From Eledone cirrhosa (taxonomy: Eukaryota), in contig OZ024743.1 of the NCBI GenBank assembly GCA_964016885.1, positions 26,040,001 through 26,104,000 of the forward strand: a stretch of 64,000 nt of DNA, written 5' to 3'. The position numbers and the translations under genes were made by a program. This document shows, in pieces, positions 56,572 through 64,000 of the stretch (position 1 is its first letter; each line of letters starts with the position of its first letter). The notes below the pieces were generated by a model. The model did not search any database. It was not told the origin of the DNA and was given only the letters and a program-made list of their open reading frames with translations.

Positions 56572-56948
56572 TCACGAGACCGAGGCATTAATTATGTTCA
56601 TATATAGCGTTACAATTATATTTGTATTGGGCGGTGGAATGTCCGCGGTCTTGCACTTTCCATTTTGTCCGCTGCGTTACCTTTGCCATTTTGTCCGTGG
56701 AGCAGAACTAAAACAGCAATCTGAATTAAGTGTAAAGTTTGTCACACTCTAGCTCTCCCTTTTCTAGTTTCCTACTCTTTCTCTCCTTTTCCTCTAATAG
56801 AATTTACACTTGTTAAATTTGTAAAATTTAATAATGTAACCTATAAATATAACATTAAAATAATATATGACCATTGATCACCTGGTATCACGTGGATTTA
56901 AATTTTAAAGCTTTCATAATGATTAACGAGAATTAAAACTTAATAAAA

Positions 56949-57019
56949 TGCATCGGCCGGGAATCGAACCCGGGCCGCCCGCGTGGCAGGCGAGCATTCT
57001 ACCACTGAACCACCGATGC
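56949..57019 (-). tRNA. tRNA-Gly(GCC)
   Basis: Identical gene in diverged flanks. Confidence 0.97.
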
Positions 57020-57427
57020 TCACGGAATAATTTACTAATTATATTGCTATCTAGCGTTACGCTTATATTTGCATTCAATGTGATATTGCAGAGTGTCTTA
57101 GTTCTCATCTGGAATGACAGCAACCCGTCTAAGTGAATGATCCCCACGAGGTTGAGGGCTGATGCAACAGGTGTCGCTGGCCTTGCATTTGCAATCTGAC
57201 TTAAGTGGACAACTTGGTAACCTAATAATCTCTGCTTATTCTCTCCTTTTCCTTTTCCAGGATATATATCTCAAGTTGTAACAAGATAATCTATAAAAAA
57301 TAATCATTGTAATAATAGATGACCATTGCTGCTCTGGCAAGTGGTCTTAAATTTAAAAGACAATGATTTAAGCCGCAGATTTTACGTAAATTCCCGTCAA
57401 TTTTATGGGAATTAAAAGTTAAAAAGA

Positions 57428-57490
57428 TGCATCGGCCGGGAATAGAACCCGGGCTGCCCGCGTGGAAGGCGAGCATTCTACCACCGATGC
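57428..57490 (-). pseudogene. tRNA-Gly pseudogene (anticodon GCC>TCC, 8-nt D-arm deletion, B-box mutation)
   Basis: Reverse complement: GCATCGGTGGTAGAATGCTCGCCTTCCACGCGGGCAGCCCGGGTTCTATTCCCGGCCGATGCA. Confidence 0.9.
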
Positions 57491-57678
57491 TAACGAGGAA
57501 GCCGTTCATTATATTCATATCTAGCTTTACAATTATATTTGCATTCAATGTGATATTGGAGAAAGACTTTATTCTTATTCTGTCTACAACATATGTCTTG
57601 TTGGCTAATTATTATAACACGTCAGATACAGGGAACAATCCCCTTCAAACATATAGCATCTCGCTATTACACACACAC

Positions 57679-57712
<34 letters not shown>

Positions 57713-57722
57713 AGTTTTTAAA

Positions 57723-57996
57723 TAAATTTTTAAAAATTCACTGTACCTGCTATGGTTACCTTTACCGTACGGTTTCGAGTCTCAAAAATAAATGGGTAGT
57801 CCTTACGGGCCTCCATCGAAAAGAAAGACTCTTGTCAGAAGGTTCTTTTCACTCGGAGAATACAAAATTCCCGAGTTCGAATTACGAACTGGTGCTATTC
57901 AAAATTGTTCCCGAGATGAGAATGATCCATTTATTTTTGAGACTCGAAACCGTACGGTAAAGGTAACCATAGCAGGTACAGTGAATTTTTAAAATT

Positions 57997-57998
<2 letters not shown>
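57723..57998. mobile_element. Penelope-like fold-back between (TA)n tracts, with the 3' half of a hammerhead
   Basis: Arms 57730-57795 and 57927-57993; GAAA-ccgtacg-GTA palindromic stem III; CTGANGA box degenerate (gagatga). Confidence 0.65.
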
Positions 57999-58031
<33 letters not shown>

Positions 58032-58159
58032 TACACTATATATATATATATATATGTACATATATAGTGTAATAGCGAGATGCGGTATGTTTCAAAGGAA
58101 TTATTCTATATATTTGATGTATTGTAATAATTAGTAAACGGGATATATGTTGAAGAGAA

Positions 58160-59915
58160 CAAGGTTCTCCTAAACACAATGGAACCCACTCTCATCCAGG
58201 AACCTGAGGCCACCTGCGAGACATAAAACTGGCTTGGACTTAGCCCAGTGGACGTCCCTTCTCCTTCTCCACCTGTTGATGTCAAGTCCCCCAGACTATT
58301 TGGGAGGCCACCCAGTGCAACCTATCCTCAGACAGGTTAGCGCACCAGCTTGACCAGCACTGCCTCACATGTTTTCACGCGGCCTCGCAACCCCACAGCG
58401 GTGCCTGGCTCCACACCTTACTGGCACACAGTTAGACAATGATAGCCTACGAATCGGGATTTCCCTGAGGCCTCGCCTCCGGATCTGTCAGCTACACAAA
58501 TGTCGTTGCGGTTCCACCGTGGACTCTTTCGGCCTCCACACGCTTTCCTGTCGCTACAGTGCCGGCCACCTTCTATGACAGCTGCTCTCAATGAAGTCAT
58601 AATACATGGTTTGGATGCTGCAGGCTTCCCCTCCCAGCTCAGCCAGTGGAGCTGGACTGAGGGGACGGCAAAAAGGCCAGACGGCATGACCATCTTTCCA
58701 TTCCGCGGTAGTAAACCCCTCGTCTAGGGTTCCACTTGCAGCAACACATTCTCCAGCGGCAACCTGGTGCAGTCTGCGACTAACCCAGATTCTGCTGCAC
58801 TTCGGGCTGAGGAGGGTAAACTCTCCAAGTATCGATCGCTCTCCGACAGGTTTGCGGTCGAGCCCCTTGCAGTGGAGACTTCTTATGTTGAAGAGAACAA
58901 GGTTCTCCTAAATACAATGGAACCCACTCTCATCCAGGAAAATGAGGCCACCTACGAGACATAAAACTGGCTTGGACTTAGCCCAGTGGACGTCCCTTCT
59001 TCTTCTCCAGCTGTTTACGTCAAGCCCCCCCCCCCCCCAGAATATTTGGGAGGCCACCCAGTGAAACCTATCCTCAGACAGGTTAGCGCACCAGCTCGAC
59101 CAACACCGCCTCACATGTTTTCACGCGGCCTCGCAACCCCACAGCATTGTCTGGCTCCCTAACTTACTAGCACGCAGCTGGACAACGATAGTCTACAAAT
59201 CGGGGTTTCCCACGGCTTGGCCTCCGGATCTGCGAGCCACACAAATGTCACTTTGAATCCACAGTGGACACTTTCGGCCTCCAGACGCTTGTCTGTCGCT
59301 ACATTGCCGACTGCCTTTCCCGCCATGTTGGGCTCAACGAGGTCATAAAGTATGTCTTGGATGCTGCAGGATTCCCTTCCCAGATCGAGCCAGTGGAGCT
59401 GGACCGAGGCGACGGCAAAAGGCCATACAGCATGACCATCTTGCCGTTCCGCGGTGTTACCCCCCACCCCGTGTTGGGTGCCACTTGTAGCGACACATTC
59501 TCCAGCGGCAACTTGGTGCAGTCTGCGACTACAGAGATTCTGCTGCACTTCGGGTTGAGGAGGGTAAACTCTCCAAGTATCGATCGCTCTCTGACAGCTT
59601 TGCAGTCGAGCCCCTTGCAGTGGAGACTTCTGGTGTCCTTGGCACTAGGGCTACCTCCCTACTCACCACCATAGGCGCTGAGCTAGTGAGTTGCAGGTGT
59701 GAGCCTCGCGAGATCGAATGGTTCTTCCAGCACGTCTCCCTTGCCGTCCTCCGGGGAAACGCCTTCTCCATTCTGTCCGCCGGGGCTGTGGTGTGGCCAG
59801 AACGTGGGACCCCATTTGCTCATAATATTGAGAGATGGGGAGGTTGAGAGAGATGGAGGCGATGGCAGTGGGAGTTCAGCTCCTCTGTGTTCGGACTTGG
59901 TGTACGTGTATATGC
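58160..59915 (+). mobile_element. Two tandem CRE-type retrotransposon 3' fragments (58160-58883, 58884-59915)
   Basis: [107 protein letters not shown]. Confidence 0.85.
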
Positions 59916-60096
59916 ATGCTTACTGTCTTATCCTTTAGTAATATACATATGTACTGAATTAGAAATTTACATTTCTGACCTCTGATTATAATCAGAAATT
60001 AATTAATTTCGACGAGCTAAAATATAGCAAATCGAGTCAAACCTCAGAAGTACCAAATAGCATGATTGCTGATGAACCCTAAATTAGTAACACTAA

Positions 60097-60262
60097 TAAT
60101 TGTTTCAACTTTTGGCACAAGGCCAGCAACTACCCAGTGTATCACTGGTACTTTATTTTATCGACCTCGTAAGGATGAATGGCAAAGTTAACCTCGGCAG
60201 GATTTGAACTCAGATCGTAAAGGGCCGTAACTCTATGCTGCAAAGCATGGCGTCTTACCCTC
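60097..60262 (-). mobile_element. tRNA-derived SINE, 5'-truncated
   Basis: Same family core as 6205-7000. Confidence 0.85.
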
Positions 60263-60429
60263 TTGCTTATTTTCTCTTTTTCCTCTTCCAGAAAATATAT
60301 TTATTAAAATTGTAACAAGATAATCTATAAAAAATTCATAGAATAATAGAAAAACCATTGATAGCCTGGCAAGTAGATTTTTATTCTAAAACATTCATAA
60401 TTTTTTACGTGAGTGAAAACTTAATAAAA

Positions 60430-60500
60430 TGCATCGGCCGGGAATCGAACCCGGGCCGCCCGCGTGGCAGGCGAGCATTCTACCACTGAACCACCGATGC
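60430..60500 (-). tRNA. tRNA-Gly(GCC)
   Basis: Identical gene in diverged flanks. Confidence 0.97.
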
Positions 60501-61269
60501 ACGCATGAAACGCTTATTAATTATATTTCATATCTAGCGTTTCAATTATATTTACATTCAATGTGATATTGCAGAAAGATTTCGTTTTCATTCTCTCTTC
60601 ATCATATTTTTAGTTTACAAACTATTACAACACATAAGATATAGAAAGTAATTCACTTGAAAACCTGTCGCATCTCGCTGTTACACTATATATATATATA
60701 TATGAGGGTGGGGGGAGTGTCGATGTGAGTGAGGATGTCTGTGTGTGTGTGTGTATATGTGTTAGTATTAGTGTGTTAATGTCGAATACGAGACAAAAAT
60801 CACACTTAATTTCTAAACAATACAATCCATTCTCTAGTAACATCTCTCTCTATATTCAAGGTATATGAGAAAGAAATTGCTATACGCGGCCACATCAAGT
60901 GTGTATAGTATTTATTGAATAACATATTTAAGCGAAATGAAGAAAAGAATATATGTCATATGTATAATAAATAAAAAACATTTTTCACTTTAATATACAT
61001 ATGCACTGAATTATCGATTTAAATTTTTGACCACTGATTAATTTAAAGAACTAAAATATAGCCGCTCAAGTCAAATCACAGACGTTCAAAATATCATGAT
61101 TGTTGATGCTCCCTAAACGAGTGACACTTTCTTGCAGAATACATATTTGTTCCAATAATAATGTATTCTATGAAAATAAGTCACTGACTTCATACAGTCT
61201 TCTACCAAGTGTATTTAAAGTCTGAAACAAAACTAAGACTTTGCAAGAGCTAAACGTAAGTACATACTA

Positions 61270-61340
61270 TGCATTGGCTGGGAATCGAACACGGGTCGCA
61301 CACATGGGAAGCGACTATTCTACCATTGAACAGCTGATGA
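61270..61340 (-). pseudogene. Degenerate tRNA-Gly (anticodon reads CCC); uninterrupted paralog of the split copies
   Basis: Reverse complement: TCATCAGCTGTTCAATGGTAGAATAGTCGCTTCCCATGTGTGCGACCCGTGTTCGATTCCCAGCCAATGCA; many stem mismatches. Confidence 0.8.
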
Positions 61341-62065
61341 ACATGTTTCTCTTGTTCAAACTGAATTAATACCTTCATTTCAATTATTTTGCATTCAATG
61401 CGATATTGCAAACAATTTTACTTCTCCTTCAGAATGAGAGCAGCTCGTCTGAAGAAAGATCCCCGAGTGGCTGGTCCTCTGTTGCAACAGATATTGCTGG
61501 CCATTGTCTGAGGCCTTGTATTTGCCATTTTGTCCGTGTGACAGAGTCGAAACAGCAATCTAACTTAAGTGGACAATTTGACAACCTCTAACCTTGTCCA
61601 GTCTGTCCGCCGGGTCTGTGAGGAGACAAGCCGATTATATTACGAATTCTGTTGAATAGTCTTAAATACGTTTACTTGGATTTAGTGAACTTTCTATATA
61701 GACTCATGGATAATAGATTGCATGGAGCTATTTAGATAATGTTGAGAGAAACGTGGTAAGAAGCTACTACCATCAATACATACCTACCAAATATGGCAAT
61801 GTTAAGAGGAACGTGGTAAGAAGCTGCTATCATCAATACATACCTACTAAATAAGGTAAGGTTAACCTCCAACCTTCCCTCTTTCTTTACTTTCTTAATT
61901 ATCTTTGTTCATTCTCTACTTTTCCTTTTCCAGAATATGTTTGTTAACATTGTAACAAGATAATCTATAAAAAATCATGAAATAATAGAAGACTATTGCT
62001 ACCCTGGCAAGTAGATTTAAATTTAAAAAAAAGCAATGATTTACAAGGATTAAAACTTAATAAAA

Positions 62066-62136
62066 TGCATCGGCCGGGAATCGAACCCGGGCCGCCCGCG
62101 TGGCAGGCGAGCATTCTACCACTGAACCACCGATGC
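62066..62136 (-). tRNA. tRNA-Gly(GCC)
   Basis: Identical gene in diverged flanks. Confidence 0.97.
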
Positions 62137-62303
62137 TCGCAAGAAAAATGCTTTAATTATATTCATATCTAGCGTTGCAATTATATTTGTATCCAATGTG
62201 ATGTTGCAAAATTCCGTTTCTCTTCAACATATATCTCCTTTACTAACTATTATAACACATCAGATGTTTGAACATAATTCACTTGAAAATCCATCGCATC
62301 TTG

Positions 62304-62460
62304 CTTCTTCTTCTTCTTCTTCTTCTTCTTCGCCCACTTATTCCTGAGAGGTTTGGGGGGGGGGGGGGGGGGTAGAATCCCCAAACACTCCTTCCAGCGG
62401 ACCCTGTCAGAGGCAGCCGTCTCCAACTGATTCGGCTGATGCGTCTCCAACTGATGCGAC
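62304..62460 (-). mobile_element. 3' terminus of an RTE-type LINE with a (GAA)n tail
   Basis: Translation QLETAASDRVRWKECL resembles the RTE ORF C-terminus; short UTR, then (GAA)n. Confidence 0.55.
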
Positions 62461-63204
62461 TACCTGAGTTCATGGATGTTATCCAACCATCTTGCTTGGG
62501 TCTACTTCTTCCATTTATATATCACATCTCCGATATTACGGGCATGGGGTTAGAATGCCTCAGGATAGAATCGCTAAACATTCATTATTATAGGTTAAAT
62601 AGTTTTGATAATATATAAAATAAATTATTTTTATGAAAAGAAATCTAATTTTAAGGTATTCATTATCAATGAAATGAAACTCAACAATCGATAATATTAA
62701 AATACTTTATTTTTCAATTACAACATTTTTGCATTGCATATATAAATTTTCTAATATGATGAATACACTGATGGTTTACATAGCGTCATCTGATTTTAAC
62801 AATGAAATGGTTTAGTAGAAGTTCGCCCATGGAGTTCGGAAACTGTATTCCTACAAAAGACAAAGAAAATATAGTTTTTATTCAAGAGAATAAGTGACTT
62901 GGATATTAGGCAGCAATGGCAATACTCTGTCTCAGAAACATATTGTATATTATTCAATATACAAACCTCTTATGCATGTGTGTATACAGCCAGGGCCGGT
63001 GCCAGACTATCTGGCACCCTAGGCAAGGTTCGATTCTGTTGCCTCTTCCCCGGGAAAATATAAATTTCAAATTGGAGAAGAGAAAAAGGAAAGCTGAGCT
63101 GCTTATGATGTTCTCAAAGCATTAGCTACGTAAATGGCCTGAAGTGGTTCAAACTTTTAATGGAAACATCGCTACATAGAATGCTGGTTTCCATCTTTAA
63201 TTGT

Positions 63205-63394
63205 AATTGTTTCTACTTTTGGCACAGGGCCAGCAATTAAATCAGTGTATTACTGGTACATTATTTTATCAACCCCGTAAGGATGAAAGACAAAATTAAC
63301 CTCGGTGGGATTTGAACTCAGACCATAAGGGGCCGTAACTATTTGCTGCAAAGTATGGCGTCCGACCCTCTACCGATACTGCTAATCCACCGCT
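63205..63394 (-). mobile_element. tRNA-derived SINE, full length, with TSD catctttaattgtaat
   Basis: Family core present; catctttaattgtaat at 63192-63207 and 63395-63410. Confidence 0.88.
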
Positions 63395-63424
63395 CATCTT
63401 TAATTGTAATAATTTGTTTTTTAC

Positions 63425-63547
63425 CCTATAGTTTCGTTTGTCAGATGGGTAATCATAACAGTTTTGGTGGGAACTAAACCGGACTGCTCTATCGTTTGCT
63501 TTTTCGTTTGCCAAATACTCTTCTGGTTCATCTACTGGTTTGTTCTG
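63425..63547 (-). CDS. Candidate isolated host exon (123 nt, phase 0-0)
   Basis: Polypyrimidine tract plus ttgCAG acceptor; open frame QNKPVDEPEEYLANEKANDRAVRFSSHQNCYDYPSDKRNYR; G/GTAAAA donor. Confidence 0.35.
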
Positions 63548-63793
63548 CTGCAATAAAAAAAAGAAGAAAAAGTAATAATGTATATACATGAAACAAAATT
63601 ATAATTCATTGTTTCTGAGACGGTGAGATTGATCAGGGATTTCGAGACTAGAAACAGGTAGCGGCGTAACCACTACCTGCTAATTGATATATTGATCTAC
63701 CAAACCAATCAACGCTCTGACACGACCGTAAAACAATGAACTAATTAAATGACTTTTGTTTTATTTTCATTGTTCAATACACACGCACACACA

Positions 63794-64000
<207 letters not shown>

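Noticed and set aside
62990-63050. GC-rich cagggccggtgccagac, resembling a DNA-transposon TIR
   Set aside because: No partner inverted repeat or TSD found in the window.

Overview
Repeat-dominated eukaryotic (animal) DNA. The SINE families resemble ones I recall from octopod cephalopods (inference). No complete host protein gene is visible. 1-24 kb: (TA)n, (TATG)n, (CA)n and (GA)n microsatellites interleaved with retroelement remnants. These include a non-LTR ORF1 pseudogene, several Penelope-like elements (a 5'-truncated RT+GIY-YIG copy broken by one in-frame stop, and Naiad-type GIY-YIG fragments), more than 10 type I hammerhead ribozyme motifs (many in fold-back palindromes), tRNA-derived SINEs and a CRE-type RT fragment. 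24-62 kb: a tRNA-Gly(GCC) gene cluster with 17 full-length genes, all on the minus strand. Its core is a homogeneous higher-order tandem repeat of about 6.3 units of 4.9-5.5 kb, followed by older, diverged monomers. Each complete unit carries two tRNA-Gly genes, a SINE 57 bp upstream of one of them, Penelope-derived palindromes, and a third tRNA-Gly-like gene split in its acceptor stem by a ~1.04 kb insertion containing the 3' end of a CRE-type retrotransposon. Best candidate for a new system: a CRE-clade element associated with, and possibly targeting, tRNA genes, co-amplified in a tRNA macrosatellite. All calls were made by eye without database searches.
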